Assembly (NCBI GenBank): GCA_963734545.1
Contig: CAVTHO010000008.1
Span: 608,001-672,000, forward strand
Length of the DNA stretch: 64,000 bases
Direction of reading: 5' to 3'
Source of the DNA: an uncultured Spirochaetota bacterium
GTDB lineage: Bacteria; Spirochaetota; Spirochaetia; SZUA-6; Fen-1364
Below, piece by piece: positions 16,194 to 26,268 of the stretch. Position 1 is the stretch's first letter, and every line of letters starts with the position of its first letter. The translations under genes and the position numbers were made by a program. The notes beneath the pieces are model-generated. The model did not search any database, had not been told where the DNA came from, and saw only the letters and a list, made by a program, of their open reading frames with translations.

Positions 16194-17638
16194 TGCCTGC
16201 CTCCCTGGGCGGGCTGGCCCGGCTGGCCTCCGCCAGGAGCGGCTCCCGGACGCTGGCCGGCACCGCGTTTCTTCTGGTCCGTACCCTGCGCGCCGGTTCC
16301 CTGCGGACCCGCGGCTGCAGCCGTGCCCTGACCTTGCGCCGACGGCAGGGCGACCGCCTGAACCGAGGATCCCGCGAGCAGGCCGGGAGGCGGATTCAGG
16401 ATGACCTGCATGCCGGCGTCGACCCCTTTTACAACGGCGGAGGTGCCCCCTTCGGCAAGGATCGTGATGGGCTGCTCGACTGCCTTGCCGTTGACGATCG
16501 AGTAGACGAAGTTCAGATCCGCCCTGGTTTGCAGGGCGGCAATGGGTATCTGCGGACCCGTGGCCAGAGTGAGCCGGTAGGTGATCGTGCCCACCGCTCC
16601 GTACGACGCCGGCACAGAGGACGGCAGCGCCGCGACCATGGGCACCACGCCGTTGATCGGGGCGGAGGGCGCCTGGATGATCTTCACCGGGTAGCCCTTC
16701 CCGCCGAGAGTAAACGTCACCGCGTCTCCTGCCTTGAAATTGGGCGCGTCTGCCGGGGGCTCGCTGAAGTTGATCTGCTTTTCCCCGCTCACGAGCGTGA
16801 ACACCGAGGTGTTCAGGCTGACGTAGCTTCCCGGTGTCACGTTGATTGCGGCGATCTGTCCGGCAAAGGGGGCCGTGATCCGTGCGTTGCGCAGGTTGAG
16901 CTGCGCCATCTCGAGCTGGGTGGACGCCTGGTCCACTGCGAGCTGCAGCTGGGCGGTGGATTGCGTGTCGGACTGCTGATTCTGGTCGAGGGCGAGCTGC
17001 GCCGCCTGCACGTTTGCCTGCGCCTGCTGGAGCTGGCTCTTTGCGTTGTCGAGCTGCGAGGAGGAGATGCCGCCCAGGTCGAAGAGCTTCTGCTGCGAAT
17101 CGTAGTTCTTCTGCGCCGCGGCGAACGCGGTCTTGGCGGAATCGAGCTGGCTGGAAAGCTTCGGATTGGACTCTGTGACGGTCTGCTGACCCGTCGCGAG
17201 GTTGATCTTCGCGTTCGCGAGCGCGGACTGCGCGTTCCTGACCGCCAGCTTCAGCGCCGAGTCGTCGAGCTGGACGACGAGCGCACCCTGCTTCACCCAG
17301 TCGCCCGCCTTGCGCGACACGGCGGACACGACCCCCGCCACCTGGGCGGCAACCTGGCTCTGCGTGACCGGCACCACCGTCCCCGCAGTGTCGTTGTCCG
17401 TGACCAGCGGGCCGACCTGCACCGTGACGGCCTGGACCGGGATGGTGGCGAATCTGCGGCCGCCCCCCTGGCCCGGTCCCCCGTTCCGCGCTCCCGCCCC
17501 TGCCTGCGCAGCCGCCGGCAGGTTCCCGCCGCCCGCCGCTCCCGGCCGGTCCGGCGGATCCGCCGCCTTTGCGGCGCAGCCGGTCAATACGAGGAGACCC
17601 GCCAAACCGAGCGCTGTCATCAAGGTCCTTGCTTTCAT
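16190..17638 (-). CDS. RND periplasmic adaptor (MFP), lipoprotein-like
   Basis: LTGC lipobox, lipoyl half-motifs (VAAQVAGVV, ITAPFAGQI) and a long alpha-hairpin. Confidence 0.9.
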   Translation of the reverse strand: MKARTLMTALGLAGLLVLTGCAAKAADPPDRPGAAGGGNLPAAAQAGAGARNGGPGQGGGRRFATIPVQAVTVQVGPLVTDNDTAGTVVPVTQSQVAAQVAGVVSAVSRKAGDWVKQGALVVQLDDSALKLAVRNAQSALANAKINLATGQQTVTESNPKLSSQLDSAKTAFAAAQKNYDSQQKLFDLGGISSSQLDNAKSQLQQAQANVQAAQLALDQNQQSDTQSTAQLQLAVDQASTQLEMAQLNLRNARITAPFAGQIAAINVTPGSYVSLNTSVFTLVSGEKQINFSEPPADAPNFKAGDAVTFTLGGKGYPVKIIQAPSAPINGVVPMVAALPSSVPASYGAVGTITYRLTLATGPQIPIAALQTRADLNFVYSIVNGKAVEQPITILAEGGTSAVVKGVDAGMQVILNPPPGLLAGSSVQAVALPSAQGQGTAAAAGPQGTGAQGTDQKKRGAGQRPGAAPGGGQPGQPAQGGRQ

Positions 17639-19045
17639 CTAGTACCCCATCACGTTCTGAAGCTGAAGCACCGCGAGCTCGGCCGAGCTCTGGGCGGTCG
17701 CAAGCGCGTTTTCGGCATTCGCCAGGTTCACCGCGGCGGTCAACAGGTCCTGGTTGGACGCCGTGCCTGCGTCGCGCTGGGCGCTGACGAGCTGGTATTG
17801 AAGCTCGGTCGCATCCACGCTGAGCTTTGCAACCTCGAGCTTTTCACCTGCGAGCTGCACCCCCTGCCAGGCGCTCTGGATCGCGGTCGCGATGTTCTTC
17901 TGCAGCTGAGACTCCTGCAGGGCGTAGACATCGTTCTGCCGGAGAATCGAGTCCGCCTGGTTCTTCGCCGCGCCCGCGTCCAGGATGGGCATGGCAAGCT
18001 TCACCGCCGCGCCCACCACCCCCGCGGATGTCGAGTCCGTCCAGTTGTACAGCCAGTTCACGCCGCCGCTCACGCTCACCGTGGGTGTCGACTGGCCCCG
18101 GGCCACGGCTAGATCGACATTCGAGGACTTGATGTTCAGCTCGACCTGCTTGATTTCCACGCGCCGGGCCAGTCCTTCCGCAACGGCCTGTTCCTGCGTG
18201 CTGACCGGGACCGATGCCTGCGGCGCGTCCGCCACCGTGAAATCCTTGTCCGCGGGCAACCCCATGAAAGCGGCCAGCCCCAGCCGCGCGATGCGCAGGT
18301 CGTTGACCGCGCTGTCGACGTCCACCTGCGCGCTGCGCGCATTGAGCTGCGCCGTTTTGAGGTCCGCCGTGCTTGCGAGCTTCAGATCATAGATGGCGGT
18401 AATCTGCTTCAGGACGGAGTTCTGCTTTTCGAATATCTGCTTCTTCAAGGCGAGACTTCGCTGGGCGGCCAGCATGAGATAGTAGGCCTGTTTCACACTG
18501 TAGATGACGGTCAGCGTTCCGGACTCCGTGGCCAGCTCCCTGCCCTTCAGGGTCAGCAGGCTCTTGTCCACCGTGGCCTGGGACGGTCCGCCGGGGTACC
18601 CGTTCCACAGGGTCTGGGTCACGGTTGCTCCGACGACACTCGTCGTGGGCCCCCCGGAAGCAGGAGGCACGTAGGGGACGGAGCTCACGCTGACATTCGT
18701 GAGCGGCCCTGAAATGGCAATCCCTGCCGCGGGACCCGGCGCGGTGGACAAGGGGCTGCCCACGGCCTTGGCGTTGATCAGCGCCTTGTTGCCGAAGTCC
18801 GAGGTGGCCCCGTATCCCGCCGAGGCGGCAAGCGATAAGGAGTTTCGAGAAACGTTCAGGGCGTGCTGCGCCCTGCTGACGTCGAGGCTCCTCTGGAGAA
18901 TCCTGACGTCGTCCCCGTTGGCAAGTGCCGCGTCGATGCTCTGCTGCAGAGTGACCACGGGTACGGATTCCTGGGCGGCCGCGGAGAGCAGCGGACAAAG
19001 CGCCGTCAGGAGGACAATTGCGATGCGTTTTCCTGCACGTTTCAT
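17639..19045 (-). CDS. TolC-family outer-membrane efflux protein
   Basis: Signal peptide, TLQQSIDAALAN, VKQAYY, PILDAG and G..S..DLL OEP repeats. First gene of the RND operon. Confidence 0.88.
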   Translation of the reverse strand: MKRAGKRIAIVLLTALCPLLSAAAQESVPVVTLQQSIDAALANGDDVRILQRSLDVSRAQHALNVSRNSLSLAASAGYGATSDFGNKALINAKAVGSPLSTAPGPAAGIAISGPLTNVSVSSVPYVPPASGGPTTSVVGATVTQTLWNGYPGGPSQATVDKSLLTLKGRELATESGTLTVIYSVKQAYYLMLAAQRSLALKKQIFEKQNSVLKQITAIYDLKLASTADLKTAQLNARSAQVDVDSAVNDLRIARLGLAAFMGLPADKDFTVADAPQASVPVSTQEQAVAEGLARRVEIKQVELNIKSSNVDLAVARGQSTPTVSVSGGVNWLYNWTDSTSAGVVGAAVKLAMPILDAGAAKNQADSILRQNDVYALQESQLQKNIATAIQSAWQGVQLAGEKLEVAKLSVDATELQYQLVSAQRDAGTASNQDLLTAAVNLANAENALATAQSSAELAVLQLQNVMGY

Positions 19046-19053
19046 TAGGAAAA

Positions 19054-19083
19054 ATAGTAAGCTTTTCCGAAAGTGCAGTGCAA
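19054..19083 (-). promoter_or_regulatory. Sigma70-like promoter of the RND operon (probably leaderless)
   Basis: TTGCAC-N18-TACTAT, 8 nt before the tolC-like ATG, with no SD. Confidence 0.5.
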
Positions 19084-19147
19084 TAGATTGGCCATGAACG
19101 CGGGATAAAATTCTGTTATGGTCGGCGCCCACGGAGCCAGCGGACGC

Positions 19148-19176
19148 TTGACGGACTCTTTTCAACAACCTACCTT
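19148..19176 (+). promoter_or_regulatory. Sigma70-like promoter
   Basis: TTGACG-N17-TACCTT upstream of a GGAGG RBS and ATG 19194. Confidence 0.5.
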
Positions 19177-19193
19177 TGAAGCGGAGGTGGGTC

Positions 19194-19415
19194 ATGCCGG
19201 AAAAGACGCACCACGCGGAAGAAGCCAGTCCCGGGCTGAGAGAAGCGCGCGCCCATGTGAAGGCGGCGCACCAGTCCTTTCGTTTGAGTCTTCAAGACTG
19301 GATTCCGAAGGGTTTCATCGAGCACCGCAGGGCGGCCCGAAAGGAGATGCTTCTCGCCATGAGAAGCCTTCTGGACGCTGCCATCGAGCGCACCGAGAAA
19401 AAGTCCTCCGAGTAG
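19194..19415 (+). CDS. Small helical hypothetical protein
   Basis: GGAGG RBS, candidate promoter and a 73-aa amphipathic helical sequence. Confidence 0.65.
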   Translation: MPEKTHHAEEASPGLREARAHVKAAHQSFRLSLQDWIPKGFIEHRRAARKEMLLAMRSLLDAAIERTEKKSSE

Positions 19416-19468
19416 CCCGGCCGCTCCCTGTCGCTGCCGGCGACAGGAGCCACCCTGGCACACGCAGC

Positions 19469-21112
19469 TCATTTCCCGAAAAGGATCCAGGTCAGGAGAA
19501 CCAGCTCCGCTGCCCCGAGTCCCACCGCATACGCGACATGTCCCCCCAGAAACAGTTCGGTGCACGCCAGCAGGCCGGCCGCGAATATGACGGACCCGGC
19601 GAGCTTGCGCACGCCGTGCTCCAGTCTCGTCACGTGCTGCTTCAGGTCCGGCACGCGCACCTCCATCCTCCCCTGCTCCATGCGGGTGGCCAGGTCGTCC
19701 ACCTTCCGGGGGAGCCCGAGGAGGAGTCGGGCCATGGCGGTGAGCTCTTTCATGACGAGCCTCGCGCCCGTCTGCCCGTCCTTTTCCATCAGCTTCTGCA
19801 CGTACGGCGCCATGCCCTTCCATACGCTGAAGTCCGGGTACAGCCCTGTCGCCATACCGGAGAGGATGCTCACGCACCGGCCCAGGAGGATGAGATTTTC
19901 CGGCACCTGGAACGGCATCTGGTAGAGCAGATCACCGAACTCGTCGACGAATATCCGCAGCTCCTCGTTGCTCATGCGCATCATTTCCCGCGTCGACTTG
20001 CCCCAGAGCGTGTCGAATGCCTTCTTGCACGCGCGCTCCAGCAGGTCCAGGTCGGCTCCCGGCAGGAGGACCTGCAGGGACTGAAATGCGTGCACGAGCC
20101 GCCCGGCGTCCCTCGTGCCCACGGCGAGCAGCGCTTCGCGCAGGCCGCTGAATGATTCCGCGGAGAGCGTGCCTGTCATGCCGAAATCGACGAACACGAG
20201 CTTCCAGCCGCGTCGAGCGGTGGGAAGGACGAAGAGATTCCCCGGGTGCGGGTCAGCGTGGAAGAAACCGTCCTCGAACACCTGCTTGAGGTAGACGTCG
20301 AGGAGCTTGTCGGCAACCTCCGCCCTGCTGATGCCGGCGGCCTCGATCGCCGCGTAGTCGGTGATCTTGATCGCGCCGACATCCTGCAGGGTGAGGACGC
20401 GCCGCGTCGTGTGGCTCCAGACCACGGAGGGCACCACCACGTCCGGGTGCTCCCTGAAGTTCTGGGCGAATCTCTCCGCGTTCTTTCCCTCGTGCAGGTA
20501 GTCGATCTCCTCGTAGAGGGAGCGGCTGAACTCTTCTATTAAAGCCGTGACGTTCACGCGCCGGCGAATCGACTTGAAGTGCTGCAGCCAGCGACCGACA
20601 GCGCGTATGGCGGCCAGGTCCGCCTCGACAATCTCCTGGATGTGCGGCCGCTGGACCTTCACCACCACCGGGAAAGAAGGAGTGGTTCCCGGCACGTCAC
20701 CGGCCAGACGCGCCTTGTGCACCTGGCCGATGGAAGCGGAGGCAGCGGGCACCGGCTCGAAGTCCAGGAACTTGTGCGCGAGAGGCACGCCGAACTCCGC
20801 TTCGACCACCTCGCGGATGGCCTCGAAGCTCTCCGCGCTCACCTCGTCCTGCAGTCCCGCCAGCTCCGACGTGATTTCTCTCGGCAGCACGTCCAGACGG
20901 GAAGAGAGAAACTGGCCGACCTTGATGAGCACGCCCCCCATGCGGAGCGCAAGCGTGCGGAACTCCGCGGCGATCCGCTGCATGCGCGCGGAGCGGGTCC
21001 GACGCGCGAGCCGGCCCAATCCGAGCTTCGGCAGGACGAGCTCCCACCACAGCTCCCGCCGCATGGCGGCCGCGAAGAAGCGCATGGTACGTCGATAGCG
21101 GGACCCGCGCAT
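19469..21112 (-). CDS. ABC1/AarF/UbiB-family atypical protein kinase
   Basis: IKVGQFLSSR, LQD, ASASIGQVH, VKVQRP, FFHADPHPGN and DFGM motifs, plus C-terminal TM helices. Confidence 0.93.
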   Translation of the reverse strand: MRGSRYRRTMRFFAAAMRRELWWELVLPKLGLGRLARRTRSARMQRIAAEFRTLALRMGGVLIKVGQFLSSRLDVLPREITSELAGLQDEVSAESFEAIREVVEAEFGVPLAHKFLDFEPVPAASASIGQVHKARLAGDVPGTTPSFPVVVKVQRPHIQEIVEADLAAIRAVGRWLQHFKSIRRRVNVTALIEEFSRSLYEEIDYLHEGKNAERFAQNFREHPDVVVPSVVWSHTTRRVLTLQDVGAIKITDYAAIEAAGISRAEVADKLLDVYLKQVFEDGFFHADPHPGNLFVLPTARRGWKLVFVDFGMTGTLSAESFSGLREALLAVGTRDAGRLVHAFQSLQVLLPGADLDLLERACKKAFDTLWGKSTREMMRMSNEELRIFVDEFGDLLYQMPFQVPENLILLGRCVSILSGMATGLYPDFSVWKGMAPYVQKLMEKDGQTGARLVMKELTAMARLLLGLPRKVDDLATRMEQGRMEVRVPDLKQHVTRLEHGVRKLAGSVIFAAGLLACTELFLGGHVAYAVGLGAAELVLLTWILFGK

Positions 21113-21216
21113 GAGTCATACTATAGCCGGGAGTTCGCGCCGTGGCGAGCGCCCGGCAAAGGCTCCGGTCTTGACGCTTTCACGATCACGCCGCCAGAAT
21201 GGGAGAGAGGTGATTC

Positions 21217-22005
21217 ATGGCCAGCAAGAGCCCGACTGCACCGGCGCGCGTCCCTCTGGTCAGCGCCGCGGTGCGTGTCCTCTCGGTTCTCGAGCACCTT
21301 TCGCACCGGCGCTCTCTGGGCCTGGAGGAGATATCCCGGGAGATGCGCCTCGCCAAGCCGACGGTCTATCGATTCCTCCTCACCCTCCAGGAGCTCGGCT
21401 ACGTCCGCCGCTGCGAGACGGATCGTTGGGCCATAACCCTGCGGCTCTTCAACGTCGGCTCCCGCGCGCTCGACCACCTCGACCTGTATTCTGCGGGACG
21501 ACCGGTGGCGGAAGAGCTGGCCGAGGAGCTCGGAGAGACGGTGCACATGGGCGTGATGGAGGGTGACTCCGCCGTCTACGTGCTCAAGATCGAGTCGCGC
21601 TACACCATCCGCATGTTCTCCCGGGTGGGGCGCCGGATCCCTCTCTATTGCTCCGCCCTGGGCAAGGCGCTCCTTGCGTATTCCACTCCGAAGGAGCGCA
21701 ACGCGGCTCTTGCGGGAGTGCGATTCGTCGCGTTCACCAGCAAGACAATCCGCTCACGCGCCGAGCTGGATGCCGCGCTGAAGCGCATCCGCCGGCAGGG
21801 GTTTGCCCGCGACGACGAGGAGCACGAGGAAGGGGTCAGGTGCATCGGGGCGCCCATCCTCGATCATACCGGCGCCGTCGTCGCGGCCCTTTCCGCCGCC
21901 TGGCCGGATTTCCGCTACCGGCGGGACGAAGAGGCGGAGAAGACGGCAAAAGTGGTCGCCGCCGCCGGTCGCATTTCCTCGATCCTCGGCTGGGATCCCT
22001 CCTGA
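21217..22005 (+). CDS. IclR-family regulator (KdgR-like)
   Basis: N-terminal HTH (KPTVYRFLLTL), LGETVH, SALGKALLA and DDEEHEEGVRC. Adjacent to kduID. Confidence 0.9.
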   Translation: MASKSPTAPARVPLVSAAVRVLSVLEHLSHRRSLGLEEISREMRLAKPTVYRFLLTLQELGYVRRCETDRWAITLRLFNVGSRALDHLDLYSAGRPVAEELAEELGETVHMGVMEGDSAVYVLKIESRYTIRMFSRVGRRIPLYCSALGKALLAYSTPKERNAALAGVRFVAFTSKTIRSRAELDAALKRIRRQGFARDDEEHEEGVRCIGAPILDHTGAVVAALSAAWPDFRYRRDEEAEKTAKVVAAAGRISSILGWDPS

Positions 22006-22019
22006 ACGGGGCGGCATGG

Positions 22020-22074
22020 AAATGGACCGACGTTCCAAAAAAAGATTGCGGTCCTTTTGAAAGTGTAGTATAGT
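22020..22074 (+). promoter_or_regulatory. TRAP/kdu operon promoter with KdgR-box-like palindrome
   Basis: AAATGGACCG-A-CGTTCCAAAA (22020-22040), then TTGCGG-N17-TATAGT (22046-22074). Confidence 0.6.
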
Positions 22075-22113
22075 CCGAAGATCCAGAATCCCAAAAAACG
22101 GAGGAGGTACAGC

Positions 22114-23109
22114 ATGAATATGAAGCGTCTCGTCTTCCTGGCGGTCGTCCTCATGGCCGCCGTCGCATTCTCCGGGGGTCTCTCTGCCGCGGACGCCCAG
22201 ATCGTCCTCAAGCTCTCCGAGATCCACCCGCAGGGTTATCCCACGGAGCTCGCCGATGAGGAGTTTGCCCGGCTCGTGAACGTCTACACGAACGGCCAGA
22301 TCAAGATCGATGTCTTCCCCGGCGGGCAGATCTCCGGGGACGAGAAGGTCGTCATCGAGCAGGTGAAGATCGGCGCCATCCCCATTGCACGGGTCAGCTC
22401 CGGAGCGCTCGGGTCCTTCAACGCCCAGCTCAACGTCTTCGCCCTGCCCTTCCTCTTCGATTCGAAGGACCACATGTGGGCATTCCTGAACAGCCCGGCG
22501 GGCCAGAAGATGCTTGCGGACCTCGCCCCCTCCGGATTCATCGGCCTCTGCTGGTATGACGGCGGCGCGCGCTCTTTCTACGCCAACTACCCGATCAGCA
22601 GGATCGAAGACCTCCGGAACAAGAAGTACCGGGTCATGTCCAACCCCCTGCTCGTGAAAATGGTGGAAGCCATGGGAGCCAGCGCGGTCCCGATGGCAGC
22701 GGGTCAGGTCTTCAGCGCCATCCAGACCGGCGTCATTGACGGGGCGGAGAACAACGCGCCCTCGCTCATTTCCTTCAATCACTACCAGGTGGCGAAGTAC
22801 TACATGCTGGACGAGCACCTCCGCCTGCCGGAAGTCCTCTTCATGAGCAAGATGGTGTGGGACAGGCTGAGCAAGGATCACCAGGCCGCCCTGCGGAAGG
22901 CCGCCGCGGAGACCGTCACGTACCAGCGCACCAAGTGGGACGCCTACGAGGTCGAGGCGCTCAACAAGATTATCGCCGAAGGCGAGATCGTCGTCCCGAT
23001 CAAGGACCTCTCCCCCTTCAAGAACGCGGTGAAAGGGCTGGTTGCCGCGGAGTCGCCGAAGTACGCGGAAACTCTCAAGGCAATCGACGCGGCCAGACCG
23101 AAGAAATAG
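22114..23109 (+). CDS. dctP: TRAP transporter substrate-binding protein
   Basis: Signal peptide, FPGGQ, LPFLF, KYRVM (conserved Arg) and GVIDGAENN. Confidence 0.93.
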   Translation: MNMKRLVFLAVVLMAAVAFSGGLSAADAQIVLKLSEIHPQGYPTELADEEFARLVNVYTNGQIKIDVFPGGQISGDEKVVIEQVKIGAIPIARVSSGALGSFNAQLNVFALPFLFDSKDHMWAFLNSPAGQKMLADLAPSGFIGLCWYDGGARSFYANYPISRIEDLRNKKYRVMSNPLLVKMVEAMGASAVPMAAGQVFSAIQTGVIDGAENNAPSLISFNHYQVAKYYMLDEHLRLPEVLFMSKMVWDRLSKDHQAALRKAAAETVTYQRTKWDAYEVEALNKIIAEGEIVVPIKDLSPFKNAVKGLVAAESPKYAETLKAIDAARPKK

Positions 23110-23128
23110 GCTCTCGGAATCGGAAAAT

Positions 23129-23156
23129 GAGCGGGGCCTCTTCGGAGGCCCCGCTC
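23129..23156 (+). terminator. Intercistronic stem-loop after dctP
   Basis: Perfect 12-bp stem GAGCGGGGCCTC-TTCG-GAGGCCCCGCTC. Confidence 0.65.
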
Positions 23157-23205
23157 TTCGCAGGGGCCCGCCCCGCACTCACCCCTTCGGTAGAGGAGAA
23201 TCCCC

Positions 23206-23724
23206 ATGCCTGACAAGAAAGGCGTGACAAGGTTTTTCTTGACGATCGACAAGATCATGGAAGGTTTCTGCATCGCGCTCCTCGTCTCCATGATCCTGAT
23301 CGTCTTCGTCGCGGTCATCACGCGCAAGGTGTTCGGCTTCGTCTTCGCATGGTCCGAGGAGATCACCCTCCTCTGCCTCACGTGGTTCACCTTCATGGGC
23401 ATTGCCATCGGGTTCCGCGAGCGGCTCCATCTCGGCATGGATCTGCTCACGAAGATGCCGGCGGGGGTCATCCGGGTGCTCGATCGCATCGTGGACGCGG
23501 TCACCTTCCTCTTCGGTCTGTACCTTGTCATCTATGGCTGGGGCTTCACCATGATGATGCGGGGCTCCATCCTCGCCGCCACGCAGCTTCCCAACCTGAT
23601 CCAGTACATCGTCATGCCGATCACCGGTGTGTTCACCTGCGTCTATTCGGCGCTCCAGTTCCTGGGCCACGACTTGCGCCGCTACAATGTCATCGAAGAG
23701 GAGATCAAGCTCGATGCCAAGTAA
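23206..23724 (+). CDS. dctQ: TRAP small permease
   Basis: Four TM helices, WSEE and HLGMD motifs. Confidence 0.9.
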   Translation: MPDKKGVTRFFLTIDKIMEGFCIALLVSMILIVFVAVITRKVFGFVFAWSEEITLLCLTWFTFMGIAIGFRERLHLGMDLLTKMPAGVIRVLDRIVDAVTFLFGLYLVIYGWGFTMMMRGSILAATQLPNLIQYIVMPITGVFTCVYSALQFLGHDLRRYNVIEEEIKLDAK

Positions 23725-25018
23725 CACCGTGGCTGTCTGGATTCTCTGCGTCAGCTTCGTCGTCTTCCTCGTGCTGAGGTTCCCCGTGGCCCTGGTCCTC
23801 GTTCTTTCGTCCCTGGCCACCCTCTGGTATCTCCAGATGCCCATTGTGGTGGTGGCCCAGCAGACCCTGCAGGGCATAAACGCCTTCTCGCTCCTTGCCA
23901 TCCCCTTCTTCATCATGACGGGGCAGCTCCTGGGCGCGGGAGGCCTGGCAAACCGGATCGTCAACTTCGCAAACGTCTTTGTCGGGCGTCTCCCCGGCGG
24001 TCTTTCGATCGTCAATTCCGTGGCCTGCATGTTCTTCGGGAACCTCTCCGGCTCCGCCGTTGCGGACACGTCGGCCATCGGGTCGGTCATGATCCCCATC
24101 ATGAAGAAGAAAGGCTACTCGGCGGAATACTCCGTGGGCGTCACGATAAGCTCCGCCATCCAGGGCGTCGTGGTCCCGCCCAGCCACAACCTCGTCCTGT
24201 ATTCGATCGTCGCGTCCAGCGTCGTGGGCGGCCTGTCTGTCGGGAAGCTCTTCATGGCAGGCGTGGTACCCGGCCTTCTCCTTCTTGCCACCCTGTGCGT
24301 CGTCGGCGTCATCATCAGCATCAAGCGCGGCTACCCGAAGGGGGATCCGGTCGAGCGCAAGGCCATCCCTCTGATAGTCTTCCACGGCCTCGTCTCCCTC
24401 ACGCCCGCCTTCATCATCCTCGGTTCCATAATCGGCGGGCTCGCCACCGCCACAGAGGCCGGTGCGCTGGCCGTTGTCTACTCCTTCTGCCTGGGATTCT
24501 TCGTTTACCGGGAGATCAAGCCGCGGCATCTCTGGCCGGTTCTCGTCCGCACTTTCCGCACCGTGCTCATGGTGTTCTTCCTCATTGGAGCATCGGGCGC
24601 ATTTGGCTACACCATGACGATTCTCCGGCTGCCTGACCTCATCACGCAGGGATTTCTCCAGATCTCCCACTCGCCCATCGTCATCCTGTTGATGATCAAC
24701 ATACTCCTTCTCCTGCTCGGCGGTCCCATGGACATGGCCCCCATGATCGTCATCCTGACGCCGATCCTCCTGCCGGTATGCGTCAAGCTCGGGATGGATC
24801 CCATCCAGTTCGGCCTCCTCCTCATCTTCAACGCGGGCATGGGATTGCTGACGCCCCCGGTGGGTACCGTCCTCTTCGTCGGATGCGCAATCGGAAAGGT
24901 GAGCGTCAATGCAGGCACGAAAGCCATGATGCCCTTTTTCCTTTCCATGCTGGTCGTGCTCTTCCTCATCACCTACATCCCCACGGTCACCATGTGGCTC
25001 CCGAGCTTCGTCAAATGA
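23714..25018 (+). CDS. dctM: TRAP large permease
   Basis: LLAIPFF, SGSAVAD, VPPS, TATEAG and TPPVG motifs. Confidence 0.93.
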   Translation: MPSNTVAVWILCVSFVVFLVLRFPVALVLVLSSLATLWYLQMPIVVVAQQTLQGINAFSLLAIPFFIMTGQLLGAGGLANRIVNFANVFVGRLPGGLSIVNSVACMFFGNLSGSAVADTSAIGSVMIPIMKKKGYSAEYSVGVTISSAIQGVVVPPSHNLVLYSIVASSVVGGLSVGKLFMAGVVPGLLLLATLCVVGVIISIKRGYPKGDPVERKAIPLIVFHGLVSLTPAFIILGSIIGGLATATEAGALAVVYSFCLGFFVYREIKPRHLWPVLVRTFRTVLMVFFLIGASGAFGYTMTILRLPDLITQGFLQISHSPIVILLMINILLLLLGGPMDMAPMIVILTPILLPVCVKLGMDPIQFGLLLIFNAGMGLLTPPVGTVLFVGCAIGKVSVNAGTKAMMPFFLSMLVVLFLITYIPTVTMWLPSFVK

Positions 25019-25026
25019 GGGCTTCC

Positions 25027-25365
25027 ATGCCGGACAACTTTTTCTTCGATTCAGATATCCAGGCTGAAATCCTGGAGACCGGAAAGCTGTCGCGAAAGGT
25101 ACGGGCGCATGGCGGACGCCTCATGCTCGTGGAGGTCATCTTCGCGGCGGGTGCCGTGGGTGCGCTCCATGAGCACCCGCACGAGCAGGCCACGTATTGT
25201 CTCTCCGGAGAGTTCGCCTTCCGCGTCGGGGACACGACCATGACCCTCCGCCCGGGAGACTCCGTGCACATTCCCGGCTCCGTCCCGCACGGGGTGACCT
25301 GCGTGGCGGCGGGCCGGCTGCTCGATACCTTTACTCCGCCGCGGGAGGATTTTCTCCCGCATTGA
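25027..25365 (+). CDS. kdgF: Cupin protein, KdgF-like
   Basis: HEHPHEQ...G.F, IPGSVPH and LLDTFTPPREDFL. Directly upstream of kduI. Confidence 0.75.
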   Translation: MPDNFFFDSDIQAEILETGKLSRKVRAHGGRLMLVEVIFAAGAVGALHEHPHEQATYCLSGEFAFRVGDTTMTLRPGDSVHIPGSVPHGVTCVAAGRLLDTFTPPREDFLPH

Positions 25366-25415
25366 AAGGGGCGGCCGGTTTGCCGCGCCGTCGACCACAG
25401 AGGCCTGGAGGAGAC

Positions 25416-26252
25416 ATGGAACTGGAAACCCGTTTTGCGCACCATCCCGACGACGTCAGGGGCTACGACACTGACTCTTTGCGGCGTCATTTCCTCGTCG
25501 ACAGCGTCTTTGTTCCCGGGGCCTCGAAGCTCACGTATACGCACGTCGATCGCGTCATTTTCGGCGGTATCATGCCCACGGCCGGCACACTGGAGCTGGT
25601 CGGAGGCAAGGAGCTGGGGACGGAGCGATTCCTCGACCGCCGGGAGCTCGGCCTCATCAACATCGGAGGACCCGGCCGGGTCATCCTGGACGGGAGTCCG
25701 CGCCTCCTGAAGAAAGGCGACGGTCTCTACGTCGGCCGGGGGACCGCGGCGGTCGCCTTCGAGAGCTCTGACCCGGGGAATCCCGCGAAGCTCTATCTGA
25801 TGAGCTGCCCCGCGCACGCGACCTATCCCACGGTCACGATCGAATTCGACAAGGCGAGCCCAAAAAAGGCGGGCGCGCCGGAAAGCTCGAATGCGCGGAC
25901 GATCTACCAGTACGTCCATCCCGCCGTCTGCAGGAGCTGCCAGCTCGTCATGGGGATGACCCTGCTGGAGCCGGGCAGCGTCTGGAACACCTTCCCCCCC
26001 CACACGCACGAACGCCGCATGGAGGTCTATTTCTACTTCGACATGGACCCGGGCACGCGCGTGTTCCATCTCCATGGCAGGCCTGATGAGACACGGCACA
26101 TCGTCATGGCCAGCGAGCAGGCGGTCATCTCTCCCTCGTGGTCCATCCACGCGGGGGTCGGCACGGGAAAATACTCGTTCATCTGGGGCATGGCGGGCGA
26201 GAATCAGACCTTCGATGATATGGACGGCATCGCCCCTTCTGGGCTTCGGTAA
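25416..26252 (+). CDS. kduI: 5-dehydro-4-deoxy-D-glucuronate isomerase
   Basis: YTHVDR, FLDRRELG, WNTFPPHTHERRMEVY, SPSWSIH and WGMAGENQ. Confidence 0.96.
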   Translation: MELETRFAHHPDDVRGYDTDSLRRHFLVDSVFVPGASKLTYTHVDRVIFGGIMPTAGTLELVGGKELGTERFLDRRELGLINIGGPGRVILDGSPRLLKKGDGLYVGRGTAAVAFESSDPGNPAKLYLMSCPAHATYPTVTIEFDKASPKKAGAPESSNARTIYQYVHPAVCRSCQLVMGMTLLEPGSVWNTFPPHTHERRMEVYFYFDMDPGTRVFHLHGRPDETRHIVMASEQAVISPSWSIHAGVGTGKYSFIWGMAGENQTFDDMDGIAPSGLR

Positions 26253-26268
26253 GCTGCGGGAGGACATT

